Shown piece by piece: positions 20,758-32,243 of a stretch of 64,000 nt of DNA; the first letter of the stretch is position 1, and every line of letters starts with the position of its first letter. Both the position numbers and the translations under genes were made by a program. This stretch comes from Granulosicoccus sp. (GTDB lineage: Bacteria; Pseudomonadota; Gammaproteobacteria; Granulosicoccales; Granulosicoccaceae), in contig JABDKN010000128.1 of assembly GCA_013002205.1 (NCBI GenBank), positions 2,824-66,823 on the forward strand. Reading direction: 5' to 3'. A model generated the notes under the pieces. That model was given only the letters and a program-made list of their open reading frames with translations, had not been told where the DNA came from and did no database searches.

Positions 20758-21765
20758 ATGAAAATACTCATTACCGGTACCGCCGGATTCATCGGCTCAA
20801 CGCTGGCTTTGAAACTGCTGGAGCGTGGTGACGAAGTAATCGGCGTGGACAACGTCAACGACTATTACGATGTGAATCTCAAACTGGCCAGGCTGGAGCG
20901 CCTTAAGGCGCGCGACGGTTTCACTGACGTGCGGGGCAGTATCGAGGATCGGGCACTGATGGAGGAGACGTTTCGCAACTATCAGCCACAGAGAGTCGTG
21001 AATCTCGCAGCCCAGGCAGGTGTCCGCTACTCACTGGAAAACCCGCACGCCTATATCGACGCGAACATCGTCGGGTTCACCAACATTCTCGAAAATTGCC
21101 GCCATTCCGGTGTGGAGCACCTGGTCTATGCATCGACCAGCTCGGTCTATGGCAACCACACCAACATGCCGTTTTCGGTACACGAATCCGTAGATCATCC
21201 CGTCAGCCTCTACGCTGCCACCAAGAAGGCCAATGAGCTGATGGCGCACACCTATAGCCACCTTTTTCAACTTCCGACAACCGGACTGCGCTTTTTCACG
21301 GTGTATGGACCCTGGGGAAGGCCGGACATGGCCTTGTTCCTGTTCACCCGGAACATTCTGGCGGGTCTGCCGATTGATGTCTTCAACTACGGCAGGCACA
21401 AACGTGACTTCACGTTCGTGGACGATATCGTGGAAGGCGTCGTGCGTACGCTGGACAAGGTGGCGACGGCTGACGAATCCTGGGACAGCAACAAACCCGA
21501 CCCGGCCACCAGCTCTGCACCATTCCGCATATACAACATCGGTAACAACCAGCCGATCGAACTGGAACACTATATCAGCACATTGGAGAGCTGCCTGAAC
21601 CGTACGGCAATCAAGAACCTGCTGCCACTTCAACCCGGCGATGTGCCGGACACCTACGCTGATGTGAGCGACCTGGTCAGGGATGTGAACTACAAGCCTG
21701 ACACCAGTGTGGAAGAAGGCATCGGTCGTTTCGTCGACTGGTACCGGGATTACTACAAGGTCTAG
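20758..21765 (+). CDS. NAD-dependent UDP-uronate 4-epimerase (CapI/Uge-like)
   Basis: [48 protein letters not shown]. Confidence 0.92.
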   Translation: MKILITGTAGFIGSTLALKLLERGDEVIGVDNVNDYYDVNLKLARLERLKARDGFTDVRGSIEDRALMEETFRNYQPQRVVNLAAQAGVRYSLENPHAYIDANIVGFTNILENCRHSGVEHLVYASTSSVYGNHTNMPFSVHESVDHPVSLYAATKKANELMAHTYSHLFQLPTTGLRFFTVYGPWGRPDMALFLFTRNILAGLPIDVFNYGRHKRDFTFVDDIVEGVVRTLDKVATADESWDSNKPDPATSSAPFRIYNIGNNQPIELEHYISTLESCLNRTAIKNLLPLQPGDVPDTYADVSDLVRDVNYKPDTSVEEGIGRFVDWYRDYYKV

Positions 21766-21868
21766 GATTCTGCGCGGCAGAAAAAGTACTGGCTGGCCTG
21801 CGGGTTCCGCTCAACTGCAGCCATGCTGCAACGCAAAAAAAATTCTACCGGAAACCATCATTGTGCAA

Positions 21869-21887
21869 TATAATAATAATCATTATT
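21869..21887 (+). promoter_or_regulatory. Fur-box-like AT-rich site overlapping a TATAAT hexamer upstream of the LysR gene
   Basis: TATAATAATAATCATTATT matches 16/19 of GATAATGATAATCATTATC. Confidence 0.55.
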
Positions 21888-21916
21888 AGCATAGCCTCAA
21901 TGAATAAGTCTCGATC

Positions 21917-22894
21917 ATGGCCAGTCCGGATAATGCCAACCTCAATCAGCACCGCCAGCTTCGTGCCTTCTGCCACGCGGCCCAGACAGGCAGCATCTCC
22001 AAGGCTGCCCAGCGACTCGGGCTCAGCCAGCCGTCCGTATCTCTGCAGATTCAAGCCCTGGAGAAAGAGCTTGACACATTGCTGTTCGAACGCTGTGGCC
22101 CGAAGATTCGCCTGACACCGGCTGGTGACCTTCTTCTGGAAATGGCGCAACCCCTGGTCGACGGTTTCGCCCGGCTTGCGGACAGTTTTTCCGCCAGATT
22201 GGGAGACGTGCATTCCGGCCCGCTGGACATTGCCTCGGGAGAAGCCACACTGCTGTATATATTGCCCGATGTCATCAAATCGTTTTCCGACGAGTACCCG
22301 CAAATCGATGTGCGGTTGCACAATGTCACCGGACACGACGGCATGGCGCTGATCCGGGCCGACGAGGTGGATTTCGCTGTCGGGTCGATGATCGATGTGC
22401 CTGATGACATGGTCTACCACCCGATCTATGACTACAGACCGGCCCTGATCATGTGCAAGGGACACCCACTCGAGAACAAGGACCGGATCACGCTGGAAGA
22501 TATAAGCCCTTATGGACTGATCCTCCCGCCTCGTCACCTGAGCACCTGGAGCGTCGTCGACCTGGTTTTCCAGCAACACGGCGTGCCCTACAACGTAGTG
22601 CTCGAGGCGGGTGGATGGGAAGTCATCAAACGCTATGTGGAAATCGGCACAGGCATCAGTATTGTGACCAGCATCTGCTTGCGTGGATTCGAGAACCTCA
22701 TCGTCAAGCCGATGGATGAATATTTTCCAAACCGCAGCTATGGCGTGGTGGTCAGACGCGGCAAGTTTCTGTCCCCGCAGGCCAAACAGTTTCTGGAGAA
22801 GATGGATGATGGCTTCTTTGCCCGTCAGACTGCCCCGCCGCCCAAGCGCAAGAAAATTCAGCGCAGCAACGAAGCACTGATCACCAATTTCTAG
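21917..22894 (+). CDS. LysR-family transcriptional regulator
   Basis: HTH SISKAAQRLGLSQPSVSLQIQALE, LFER; C-terminal LEAGGWEVIKRYVEIGTGISIV. Confidence 0.95.
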   Translation: MASPDNANLNQHRQLRAFCHAAQTGSISKAAQRLGLSQPSVSLQIQALEKELDTLLFERCGPKIRLTPAGDLLLEMAQPLVDGFARLADSFSARLGDVHSGPLDIASGEATLLYILPDVIKSFSDEYPQIDVRLHNVTGHDGMALIRADEVDFAVGSMIDVPDDMVYHPIYDYRPALIMCKGHPLENKDRITLEDISPYGLILPPRHLSTWSVVDLVFQQHGVPYNVVLEAGGWEVIKRYVEIGTGISIVTSICLRGFENLIVKPMDEYFPNRSYGVVVRRGKFLSPQAKQFLEKMDDGFFARQTAPPPKRKKIQRSNEALITNF

Positions 22895-22999
22895 TGTTCT
22901 GGGTCCTTCGATGCATTCATTGTGCGCATTGTATGATCCAGGCCACGTACCAGCTTCCTTCCAGCCACACCGACCCGAACCCACGACTCTGCCCGCGGC

Positions 23000-24133
23000 A
23001 TGAACGATTCTGCACATTCGGTTTCATTGCCTGCCCGGTTGCGGGAGGATCGGCAGTCCATGCACGTCATCGTGGGCATGTCCGGGGGCGTTGATTCCTC
23101 GGTAGCCGCCTGGTTGTTGAAACGACAGGGATACCAGGTATCAGGTATTTTCATGCAGAACTGGGAGGACGACGATGAACAGTGTACTGCCCGACAGGAT
23201 TATCGTGATGCAGCGTCGGTGGCATCAAGACTCGGGATAGAACTGACCACGGTCAATTTCGCCGATGCGTACTGGGAGCGTGTATTCGCGCATTTTCTGC
23301 AGGAGTATGGTGCAGGACGTACGCCTAATCCAGACATCCTGTGCAACAAGGAGATCAAGTTCAGTGCCTTTCTGGATCACGCGCGTCGTCAGGGAGCAGA
23401 CGCCATTGCCACCGGACACTATGTCCGTAGCGCCCGATCGGATGAGGCAGTTACCCTGCTTAGAGGACTGGATGAGAAAAAGGACCAGAGTTATTTTCTC
23501 TACACCTTGAATCAGCAGCAACTCAGACCCAGTCTCTTCCCGGTGGGTGAGCTGGAAAAAACCACGGTTCGCAAACTGGCGCAGCAAGCAGGTTTCCACG
23601 TGCACAGTAAAAAAGACAGCACCGGCATCTGTTTCATCGGGGAACGCAAGTTCAGCACATTTCTGGCGGAGTACCTGCCCGCCCAACCGGGTGAGATCGT
23701 CGATGACAGCGGAGCACGTCTGGGCTACCACAACGGACTGATGTTCTATACGCTTGGACAAAGACAGGGTCTGGGCATTGGCGGTCAGAGTGAGGCGCAG
23801 GAAGCGCCCTGGTACGTCCTGGATAAGGACCTGGCAGACAATCGACTGATCGTTGGCCAGGGACACGACCATCCTGCCCTGTTTCGAACCTCACTTCAGG
23901 CTCACGATGTTCACTGGGTACAGGGGCAGGCACCGGCGCAACACTTTAGATGTACCGCCAAAGTACGCTACCGGCAGCTGGATCAGCATGCCACGGTGAG
24001 GCTGGACACGCATGAAACTCTGCAGATTGAATTTGACAGACCGGTGAGGGCGGCCACTCCAGGGCAATCCCTGGTGCTCTACGATCAGGACGTCTGCCTT
24101 GGCGGCGCCATCATCAGTGACCTTGCACGATAG
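23000..24133 (+). CDS. mnmA: tRNA 2-thiouridine(34) synthase MnmA (alternative start 23060)
   Basis: [49 protein letters not shown]. Confidence 0.98.
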   Translation: MNDSAHSVSLPARLREDRQSMHVIVGMSGGVDSSVAAWLLKRQGYQVSGIFMQNWEDDDEQCTARQDYRDAASVASRLGIELTTVNFADAYWERVFAHFLQEYGAGRTPNPDILCNKEIKFSAFLDHARRQGADAIATGHYVRSARSDEAVTLLRGLDEKKDQSYFLYTLNQQQLRPSLFPVGELEKTTVRKLAQQAGFHVHSKKDSTGICFIGERKFSTFLAEYLPAQPGEIVDDSGARLGYHNGLMFYTLGQRQGLGIGGQSEAQEAPWYVLDKDLADNRLIVGQGHDHPALFRTSLQAHDVHWVQGQAPAQHFRCTAKVRYRQLDQHATVRLDTHETLQIEFDRPVRAATPGQSLVLYDQDVCLGGAIISDLAR

Positions 24134-24152
24134 CGCAGACTATACTGAGCCC

Positions 24153-24779
24153 ATGACATCTCTATCCACCATCGAAAACCAGACCCTCGCGCTTTCCGGT
24201 ATCTTCCAGTCCGTGCATCTCTGCAAGACGCTGGCAACCACGGGATCCGCCGACAAGGATGAATTGAGAGGGACACTGCGATCCATTCTCACCTTGAATA
24301 CCGACCGCGTCATCGACGCCTATGGAGGCAGCACGAAGAGCATAGCCACGGGTCTGCGTGTGCTGAAGAGCCAGCTTGGCGGCAACAGCGAATCACGCGA
24401 CCTGGATGTCGCACGCTATGCGCTGGCCCTGATCCAGTTGGGAACCAACATCTTGTCAGATGAAGCCACTGTGGAACAGTTGCGAATCGGCATCAGTCGA
24501 AGCCAGTCGATGGATACGGACATCGACGACCCGGCCATGATCAGTAACTTTGCCAACCTGTATCGAAGCAGTATCAGTCACCTGAGTCCTCGCATCATGG
24601 TCAGTGGAGACCCGGACTACCTGAACGACAACACTGTCGCCTCGACCATTCGCGCCGCGCTGCTGGGCGGGCTGCGTTCGGTAGTACTGTGGAGACAATG
24701 TGGCGGCACGCGACCCAGGTTACTGTTCAGTCGGGCTCAGTATCTGAGACAGGCCGACATTCTGCTCCAACGAATATAG
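24153..24779 (+). CDS. hflD: High-frequency lysogenization protein HflD
   Basis: TLALSGIFQ, ISHLSPRIMVSGDPDYL, IRAALLGGLRSVVLWRQCGG; follows mnmA. Confidence 0.92.
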   Translation: MTSLSTIENQTLALSGIFQSVHLCKTLATTGSADKDELRGTLRSILTLNTDRVIDAYGGSTKSIATGLRVLKSQLGGNSESRDLDVARYALALIQLGTNILSDEATVEQLRIGISRSQSMDTDIDDPAMISNFANLYRSSISHLSPRIMVSGDPDYLNDNTVASTIRAALLGGLRSVVLWRQCGGTRPRLLFSRAQYLRQADILLQRI

Positions 24780-24788
24780 GGCCGGCCC

Positions 24789-24809
24789 CCGGTGAAGCCC
24801 CTTCACCGG
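24789..24809. terminator. Stem-loop between convergent hflD and acnB
   Basis: Perfect 9-bp stem ccggtgaag-ccc-cttcaccgg. Confidence 0.5.
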
Positions 24810-24850
24810 AAGCCTGCGTGCAACGCCCTACCCGTCACCTGGCTACAGGG

Positions 24851-27457
24851 TTAACTGGCCATCTGGATTGACACGGGAATGTCCTTGAACTTTACCTTGG
24901 CATCATCGGCAGAGTGCTGGAACTCGGCAATCTCGTTGAAATTGAGATAGCGATAGATTTCCTCACTCATCGCATCCAGATCATTCACGTAACTCATGTA
25001 TTCATCGACCGTGGGCAGCTTGCCCAGCAGGGCAGCTACCGCCGCCAGCTCGGCCGAGCTGAGGTACACGAAAGCACCCGCTCCCAGGCGATTGGGAAAA
25101 TTGCGGGTAGAGGTGGACACGACACGTGCTCCCGGCTTCACCCGCGCCTGGTTACCCATACACAGGGAACATCCGGGTATTTCCAGGCGGGCGCCCGCCG
25201 CACCGAAAATATTGTAATAACCCTCTTCCTTGAGTTGATGTTCGTCCATGCGCGTGGGTGGTGCAATCCACAGGACGGTGTTGACGTACTCGCCGGATTT
25301 CTGTATCAGCTTACCCGCGGCACGATAGTGACCGATATTCGTCATGCACGAACCGATGAACACCTCGTCGATCTCCTCGCCCTGAATTTCCGACAGCGGC
25401 TTTACATCATCCGGATCATTGGGACAGGCCAATAACGGTTCTTTGATCTCGTTCAGATCGATGTCGATGATCTCGGCATACTCGGCGTCCGCATCCGCTT
25501 CCAGAAGAGTCGGATTCTCGAGCCATTCTTCCATTTTACGGGCACGACGTTCCAGCGTACGTGCATCCTCGTATCCTTCGTCCATCATCCAGCGCAACAG
25601 AGTGACATTGGAGGTGATGTACTCCTTCAGCGGCTCGATATCGAGCTTGACGGTACACCCACCGGCTGAACGCTCTGCCGTGGCATCTGCCAGTTCGAAG
25701 GCCTGTTCCAGCTTGAGGTCCTTCAATCCTTCGATCTCCACACACCGGCCGGAGAACACATTCTTCTTGCCCTTCTTCTCCACGGTCAGCAGGCCCCGCT
25801 TCAAGGCAGCATAGGGAATCGCATTGACAAGATCGCGCAAGGTGATACCCGGCTGCATGGTGCCCTTGAAACGGACAAGCACGGACTCGGGCATGTTGAG
25901 GGGCATGACGCCGACAGCCGAGGCAAATGCAACCAGACCCGAGCCTGCGGGAAACGATATACCCATGGGGAAACGGGTGTGTGAATCGCCGCCGGTGCCC
26001 ACGGTATCCGGCAACAACATGCGGTTCAGCCAGGAGTGGATGATGCCATCTCCAGGGCGCAGTGACACACCGCCGCGAGTCGACATGAAGTCCGGCAGCG
26101 TATGATGGGTGCTGACATCGATAGGCTTGGGATAAGCCGCTGTATGACAGAACGATTGCATCACCAGATCAGCGGTGAAGCCCAGGCAGGCAAGATCCTT
26201 CAGTTCATCGCGCGTCATCGGACCCGTCGTGTCCTGTGATCCGACCGTGGTCATCTTCGGCTCGCAATACTGGCCAGGCCGAATTCCATCAACACCACAG
26301 GCTTTACCGACAATCTTCTGGGCCAGCGTGTACCCCTTGGTATTGGCGTCCATGGCACCAGGTCGCTTGAACACCGTACTTACATCCAGACCCAGCGATT
26401 CCCGCGCACGGTCGGTCAGGCCTCGACCTATGATCAAAGGAATCCTGCCGCCAGCTCGAACTTCATCCAGCAGAACTTCGTTGCCGTATTCGAATGTACT
26501 CAGAATCTCATCACTGTCATGCCGGGTAACCTTCCGTGCATGGGGGTAGATATCGATGACATCGCCCATCTCCATGTCGTTGACGTCACATTCGATCGGC
26601 AGGGCCCCGGCATCTTCGAGCGTGTTGTAGAAGATCGGGGCAATTTTTCCACCGAGCACGAAACCTCCGTCTCGCCGATTGGGGATATAGGGAATATCAT
26701 CGCCCATATGCCACAACACGGAGTTGGTTGCAGATTTTCGCGATGACCCGGTGCCAACCACATCGCCGACGTAAGCCAGTGGATGGCCCTTGCCCTTGAG
26801 CTCTTCGATGCTCTGCAGGGGCTTGTCGGTGAATCCTTCCCGTTCGAACTTGAGCATGGCCGTAGCATGCAGGGGAATATCCGGCCGACTCCAGGCATCG
26901 ACGGCGGGTGACAGATCGTCGGTATTGGTCTCGCCGGGTACCTTGAACACCGTGACCGTGATTTTTTCGGGCACTTCTTCCCTGGCCAGAAACCATTCGG
27001 CGTCTGCCCATGACTGCAGGACGCGCCTGGCCGCATCGATACCGGACCTGGCCTTTTCCTCGACGTCATGGAAGGCATCGAACATCAGCAATGTATGCGA
27101 CAGGGCCTTGACCGCTGCTTCTGCAATTTCCGCATCATCGAGCGCCGAAATAAGAGGCTGGATGTTATAACCGCCCAACATCGTGCCAAGCAGTTCGACT
27201 GCCCTGACCCGGCTGATCAATGGTGATTCTGCCTCGCCCTTTGCCACGGCCGCCAGAAAACCCGCCTTGACATAGGCGGCCTCGTCAACACCTGCCGGGA
27301 TACGCTGCGTGAGCAGCTCCAGCAGGAATTCCTCTTCACCTTGCGGAGGAGACTTCAACAGCTCCACAAGAGCGGCTGTCTGTTGGGCATCCAGCGGCTT
27401 GGCCACGATGCCTTCTGCTTCACGCTCTGCAACGTGTTGACGATAGGCTTCTAGCAT
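24851..27457 (-). CDS. acnB: Aconitate hydratase 2 / 2-methylisocitrate dehydratase
   Basis: [46 protein letters not shown]. Confidence 0.98.
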   Translation of the reverse strand: MLEAYRQHVAEREAEGIVAKPLDAQQTAALVELLKSPPQGEEEFLLELLTQRIPAGVDEAAYVKAGFLAAVAKGEAESPLISRVRAVELLGTMLGGYNIQPLISALDDAEIAEAAVKALSHTLLMFDAFHDVEEKARSGIDAARRVLQSWADAEWFLAREEVPEKITVTVFKVPGETNTDDLSPAVDAWSRPDIPLHATAMLKFEREGFTDKPLQSIEELKGKGHPLAYVGDVVGTGSSRKSATNSVLWHMGDDIPYIPNRRDGGFVLGGKIAPIFYNTLEDAGALPIECDVNDMEMGDVIDIYPHARKVTRHDSDEILSTFEYGNEVLLDEVRAGGRIPLIIGRGLTDRARESLGLDVSTVFKRPGAMDANTKGYTLAQKIVGKACGVDGIRPGQYCEPKMTTVGSQDTTGPMTRDELKDLACLGFTADLVMQSFCHTAAYPKPIDVSTHHTLPDFMSTRGGVSLRPGDGIIHSWLNRMLLPDTVGTGGDSHTRFPMGISFPAGSGLVAFASAVGVMPLNMPESVLVRFKGTMQPGITLRDLVNAIPYAALKRGLLTVEKKGKKNVFSGRCVEIEGLKDLKLEQAFELADATAERSAGGCTVKLDIEPLKEYITSNVTLLRWMMDEGYEDARTLERRARKMEEWLENPTLLEADADAEYAEIIDIDLNEIKEPLLACPNDPDDVKPLSEIQGEEIDEVFIGSCMTNIGHYRAAGKLIQKSGEYVNTVLWIAPPTRMDEHQLKEEGYYNIFGAAGARLEIPGCSLCMGNQARVKPGARVVSTSTRNFPNRLGAGAFVYLSSAELAAVAALLGKLPTVDEYMSYVNDLDAMSEEIYRYLNFNEIAEFQHSADDAKVKFKDIPVSIQMAS

Positions 27458-27584
27458 TTTTTCGATCTCCTCACTCTGAAAATGACGGTGCAAGCACCGT
27501 GATTGAATAGCACATCCGGCAACCCGGCACTGCCCGTCCGGCACTGGCCTTCCCGGATTGCCCGGTCGTCGGCGACACTGTGCC

Positions 27585-29666
27585 TCATGATGCCACTGAT
27601 CTTTTCCGGGCGCGTGCCGGTATCGGATGCGCGGCCGTGTCTCCGCCCTTGAATATCATAGCCCGGACCTGTTCCAGTTCATCACGCAAAGACGCCGCCC
27701 GCTCGAACTCGAGATTCCTGGCACATTCGTACATCTGCTTCTCCAGTTCCTTCATGCGCCTGGCAGCGTCAGTGGCCGACAGGTTTTCCACCCCTGGCCG
27801 GGCGCCCTTGCCAGTGTCCGCCTTGCCGCTGCCACGCCTGCCGCGACGCGACCCTGTCGCCTGCGATCCACCTGCCTCCATGACATCGTTGACAGACTTC
27901 TCGATCCCCTTGGGAGTAATCCCGTGCTCCTCGTTGAAATCCATCTGCACTTCCCGTCGCCGGTTGGTCTCCTCGATGGCGCGCTGCATGGAGCCTGTCA
28001 AGGTATCCGCGTACAGTATCGCCTTACCGTGAAGATTGCGCGCGGCCCGGCCTATTGTCTGTATAAGTGAACGATCCGAGCGCAGAAACCCTTCCTTGTC
28101 AGCATCCAGTATGGCTACCAGCGAAACTTCGGGCATGTCCAGCCCCTCGCGCAACAGATTGATGCCGACGATCACGTCGAACACACCAAGCCGCAAGTCC
28201 CTTATTATTTCGCTCCTCTCGACCGTATCGATATCCGAATGAAGGTACCGCACCTTCACGCCATGATCACTCAGGTAATCGGTGAGATCTTCCGACATGC
28301 GCTTCGTCAGCGTGGTTATCAGCACCCGCTCATTGCGTGACGCCCGGTCTGTAATCTCGGAAAGCACATCATCCACCTGCGTTCGCGCAGGTCGTACCTC
28401 CACGTCCGGATCGACAAGACCGGTAGGTCGGACCACTTGTTCCACTGTCTGGTCCGCGTGAGACTTCTCGTAATTTCCAGGCGTGGCAGAGACAAACACA
28501 GTTTGCGGTGACAGCAATTCCCATTCCTCGAATTTCAACGGCCGGTTATCCAGTGCAGAGGGCAGGCGGAAGCCGTAGTTGACCAGATTCTCCTTGCGCG
28601 AACGATCTCCCTTGTACATCGCACCCAGTTGAGGGACTGTCACGTGGCTTTCATCGATGAACAGCAGACTGTCCTCCGGCAGATAATCGAACAGACACGG
28701 GGGAGGCTCGCCGGGTTGTCGACCGGACAGGTAACGCGAGTAATTCTCGATACCAGAGCAGTAACCGAGTTCGTGAATCATTTCCAGGTCGAATTGGGTC
28801 CGCTGCTGCAATCGCTGTGCTTCGACCAGCTTGCCTGCACCGGTCAGCTGCTCCAGTCGGTCACGCAGCTCTTCCTTGATGTGCTCCGTTGCATCCAGCA
28901 GGCGTTGCCGCGGCGTCACGTAGTGTGTCTTAGGATAAATGGTTAGCCTGGGTACCTTCTGCCTCACTTCGCCGGTGAGTGGATCGAAAAAGCTCAACGT
29001 CTCGATCTCGTCGTCGAACAGTTCGACACGAATGGCATCACGCTCGGAATCTGCCGGGTATATATCGATGATCTCGCCGCGCACCCTATAGGTACCCCGC
29101 TTCAACTCCATGTCGTTGCGTGTGTACTGCAACTCGGCAAGTCGGCGCAACACATCGCGCTGATTGACGGTCTCGCCACGTTTCAGGTGCAGTACCATCT
29201 TGTGGTATTGCTCAGGATCACCCAGGCCGTATATGGATGATACCGTTGCAACGATGATGGTATCCCGTCGCTCGAACAGCGCCTTGGTGGCGGACAGGCG
29301 CATCTGTTCGATGTGTTCATTGATGGAAGAATCCTTTTCAATGAACAGGTCACTGGCCGGTACGTAGGCTTCCGGCTGGTAGTAGTCGTAATACGAGACG
29401 AAATACTCAACGGCATTGCCGGGAAAGAATTCCTTGAACTCGCCGTATAGCTGAGCCGCCAGTGTCTTGTTGGGTGCCAGCACGATGGCAGGGCGTTGCT
29501 GACGCTGCAGAATATTGGCAATCGTGAACGTCTTGCCCGATCCTGTGACTCCCAGTAAAGTCTGGTAGGCCAGACCGTCATCAATGCCCGCCGCCAGCTT
29601 GTCTATGGCCTGCGGTTGATGCCCAGCTGGCTGGAAGCCCGTATGCAGATCGAATAAATTGGGCAT
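27585..29666 (-). CDS. uvrB: Excinuclease ABC subunit B
   Basis: [32 protein letters not shown]-terminal UVR domain; start ATG 29666 (alternative 29711). Confidence 0.98.
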   Translation of the reverse strand: MPNLFDLHTGFQPAGHQPQAIDKLAAGIDDGLAYQTLLGVTGSGKTFTIANILQRQQRPAIVLAPNKTLAAQLYGEFKEFFPGNAVEYFVSYYDYYQPEAYVPASDLFIEKDSSINEHIEQMRLSATKALFERRDTIIVATVSSIYGLGDPEQYHKMVLHLKRGETVNQRDVLRRLAELQYTRNDMELKRGTYRVRGEIIDIYPADSERDAIRVELFDDEIETLSFFDPLTGEVRQKVPRLTIYPKTHYVTPRQRLLDATEHIKEELRDRLEQLTGAGKLVEAQRLQQRTQFDLEMIHELGYCSGIENYSRYLSGRQPGEPPPCLFDYLPEDSLLFIDESHVTVPQLGAMYKGDRSRKENLVNYGFRLPSALDNRPLKFEEWELLSPQTVFVSATPGNYEKSHADQTVEQVVRPTGLVDPDVEVRPARTQVDDVLSEITDRASRNERVLITTLTKRMSEDLTDYLSDHGVKVRYLHSDIDTVERSEIIRDLRLGVFDVIVGINLLREGLDMPEVSLVAILDADKEGFLRSDRSLIQTIGRAARNLHGKAILYADTLTGSMQRAIEETNRRREVQMDFNEEHGITPKGIEKSVNDVMEAGGSQATGSRRGRRGSGKADTGKGARPGVENLSATDAARRMKELEKQMYECARNLEFERAASLRDELEQVRAMIFKGGDTAAHPIPARARKRSVAS

Positions 29667-29803
29667 GTCGTTCGGATACGCTTTTGAGGACAGCGATTGT
29701 ACATCCATCATGACGGCAGACCTGCTTTTTGCAAGCTCACCTCAAGCAGACGACAGGGGCTGTGTGAAAAAGGGCCTTTTATTATCTCATCGAGGCTAAC
29801 AGA

Positions 29804-29832
29804 TTGACGGAACGTGTTGAGCGCACTACACT
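29804..29832 (+). promoter_or_regulatory. Sigma-70 promoter of tRNA-Asn
   Basis: TTGACG-N17-TACACT, 10 nt upstream of the tRNA. Confidence 0.75.
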
Positions 29833-29842
29833 TCGTGCCCAT

Positions 29843-29918
29843 TCCCTGGTAGCTCAGTTGGTAGAGCAAATGACTGTTAATCATTGGGTCGGCGGTTCGA
29901 GCCCGTCCCAGGGAGCCA
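29843..29918 (+). tRNA. tRNA-Asn (GTT)
   Basis: TCCCTGG/CCAGGGA acceptor stem, AATGA-CTGTTAA-TCATT anticodon arm, GGTTCGA T-loop, encoded CCA. Confidence 0.97.
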
Positions 29919-29927
29919 AGACAATAC

Positions 29928-29954
29928 AAAAAGCCCTGTAAATCAGGGCTTTTT
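29928..29954 (+). terminator. Intrinsic (bidirectional-looking) terminator after tRNA-Asn
   Basis: aaaaagccctg-taaat-cagggcttttt. Confidence 0.85.
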
Positions 29955-30132
29955 CTTTGGTTTGACAGACAGTGAAGCGGCGCCTGCAGTCTCAGGCTGC
30001 GCGGACGCACCGGATAAACCGTCTGGCAGCGGGCGTGGCCAGGCGAACTGGAATCTCCAGGCCCGGGGGAAATGGCGAGTTTATAGCGCTCCCGGGGCGC
30101 ACAGATACGTCAGAAACCGCGTGAGGGCAGCG

Positions 30133-31347
30133 TCAGGAATTACGTGACTGCTCCAGAGACCTCAACAACTCCTCCACCGCATCACGTCGCAATTCGTCGT
30201 CCGTGCCAGACCCACCGGTACCTGGTGAGACATCGCGAGCGGGCATCGAATGACCGTTGATCCCGGTGCTGGACACGGTGGCAGCATGCTGTTGCAGCAT
30301 GGCTTCGCGCTCGCGCAGATACCGGTCGTAATGTTCGTCACGTTCAGCGGCGCTGAGAGCGTCATCGCCCGGCGATCGAGTTTCCGAGTCCATGGCAGCG
30401 GATTCACGCACTGCAGACTCGACATCGGCGTCACTGACAGTCGGTGTTGGCGCAGGTCTCTGGTGAATATTTGCATCCATCGCCTGCGAATCTATCAGTA
30501 TCACGCCACTCTCCAGTGCCAGCAGGGCTCCCTGATGCATCGTATCGCTGATGTCCTTGAGATCGTTGCCGGAGAAGGTACCCAGCGAGGCCAGCGTGTT
30601 GAGATCCTCAAAGATCGGCAGAGACCGTACGACGGCATCCAGGTCGATATCCTGGTCCGGATTGATATCCGCCAGGGCCGCAGGTATGGAGTCGATCACG
30701 GCAGACACGGCAGACATGCTGTCGTGCTCACCAGTGAATTGAATATCCCGATCCCGGTTCTGCCTGCTGACAATCGCCTCCAGTCGCAGATCCATGGCAG
30801 GCTTGCGCGCAATACTGGCACAGGCCGAATACAGCATATCGATGCCGTCTATGGCGCGTGCCACGCGGTCGGGGTCTGATGCACGTTCGCCTGCGTCGGT
30901 CAGCCGAATGCACAGATGCGCCTCGCTCTCGTCCAGTGCCAGGGTGTCAGCGGCCTGTGACGGTGTTGAATCGACCGTCTCCAATAAACCAATCATGCCG
31001 GGAAGGTGGCTGCTGGCAAACATCACGCGACTCGCCAGACGTACGACCTCAGCCTGGTGCTCGCGTGAATTGTCAGAGTTTTCAAGCAGATTCTGCCAAT
31101 ACTCTGCAGATCCCAGAGATTCCAGATGCAGCCATTTGACGATTTGCCGCTCAGGCGCCGACATCGCATCGATGCTTTCCATCATGACAGCACCGGCGTG
31201 ACCGAGCCGTGCTGCTGCTGCTGTGCGCTGGTCACCTTTTGCCGCACGATACTGATCAACCGCAGACCTGATATTGGCCCTGCTGAGACTATCGACGATT
31301 TTAGTGACGGCCATGCGCAGCGCGTCTGCGTGCATGTTGGACTCCAT
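30133..31347 (-). CDS. Hypothetical protein (~400 aa, no recognised domain)
   Basis: Long ORF with host-like codon usage; start ATG 31347 or 31335. The ORF-track N-terminus is spurious because it overlaps tRNA-Pro. Confidence 0.8.
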   Translation of the reverse strand: MESNMHADALRMAVTKIVDSLSRANIRSAVDQYRAAKGDQRTAAAARLGHAGAVMMESIDAMSAPERQIVKWLHLESLGSAEYWQNLLENSDNSREHQAEVVRLASRVMFASSHLPGMIGLLETVDSTPSQAADTLALDESEAHLCIRLTDAGERASDPDRVARAIDGIDMLYSACASIARKPAMDLRLEAIVSRQNRDRDIQFTGEHDSMSAVSAVIDSIPAALADINPDQDIDLDAVVRSLPIFEDLNTLASLGTFSGNDLKDISDTMHQGALLALESGVILIDSQAMDANIHQRPAPTPTVSDADVESAVRESAAMDSETRSPGDDALSAAERDEHYDRYLREREAMLQQHAATVSSTGINGHSMPARDVSPGTGGSGTDDELRRDAVEELLRSLEQSRNS

Positions 31348-31397
31348 TGACACCTGACTACAGATAGTAATCGGCCGACTGTACAACTCCTGAAGAC

Positions 31398-31474
<77 letters not shown>

Positions 31475-31599
31475 CCAGAGCGACGAAGCTTAACGTAAGC
31501 GCCGGGTTATTTGTAGAAACTGTATGAAAAAAACGGGCCAGAACGGGAAATCCTGCCGGGTTGACTAAACGGTGATCAGTTCACACTGGAAACAGACTA

Positions 31600-31962
31600 T
31601 CACCCCGTGGTCCGCAAGATGCGAAGCAAATCTTCCAGCTCGGATCTCAGCTGCCTGATCATCTGTTGTGACTGCGCATTGTCGTCCTTGACTGAATCTC
31701 CGGCCAGATGCTGGCGGGCTCCGCCAATGGTGTAGCCATCCTGGTACAGCAGGCTGCGAATCTGCCTGATCAACATGACGTCGTGTCGCTGATAGTATCG
31801 ACGATTGCCACGGCGCTTGACGGGTTCCAGTCCCGGGAATTCCTGCTCCCAGTAGCGCAGAACATGTGGTTTGACCAGACACAACTCGCTCACCTCACCG
31901 ATGGTGAAGTAACGCTTGTTGGGTATAGTTGGAAGTTCGTTGTTATTGCTGATTTCCAGCAT
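31600..31962 (-). CDS. MerR-family HTH regulator (ihfA-associated)
   Basis: [34 protein letters not shown]. Confidence 0.93.
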   Translation of the reverse strand: MLEISNNNELPTIPNKRYFTIGEVSELCLVKPHVLRYWEQEFPGLEPVKRRGNRRYYQRHDVMLIRQIRSLLYQDGYTIGGARQHLAGDSVKDDNAQSQQMIRQLRSELEDLLRILRTTG

Positions 31963-32242
31963 AAGCCTCTACGCGCGCCTTCAGTTTTTGCCCTGGCCGG
32001 AATGTCACCACACGCCTCGCCGATATTGGTATTTCTTCACCTGTCTTGGGATTCCGCCCCGGTCGCTGGTTTTTGTTACGCAGGACGAAATTGCCGAAAC
32101 CCGACAATTTCACATCGTGCCCACTTTCCAGTGCAACCCTGACTTCCTCGAAAAAGTGTTCAACGAACTCCTTGGCCTCACGCTTGTTGAGACCCAGCTC
32201 ATCGAACAGCATTTCCGCCATCGCCGCCTTAGTTAGCGCCAT
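31943..32242 (-). CDS. ihfA: Integration host factor alpha
   Basis: [47 protein letters not shown]. Confidence 0.98.
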   Translation of the reverse strand: MALTKAAMAEMLFDELGLNKREAKEFVEHFFEEVRVALESGHDVKLSGFGNFVLRNKNQRPGRNPKTGEEIPISARRVVTFRPGQKLKARVEAYAGNQQ

Positions 32243-32243
32243 C

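Noticed and set aside
29667-29800. LexA (SOS) box upstream of uvrB
   Set aside because: No CTGT-N8-ACAG found. The similar CTGTATGAAAAAAACG near 31520 also fails the right half-site.
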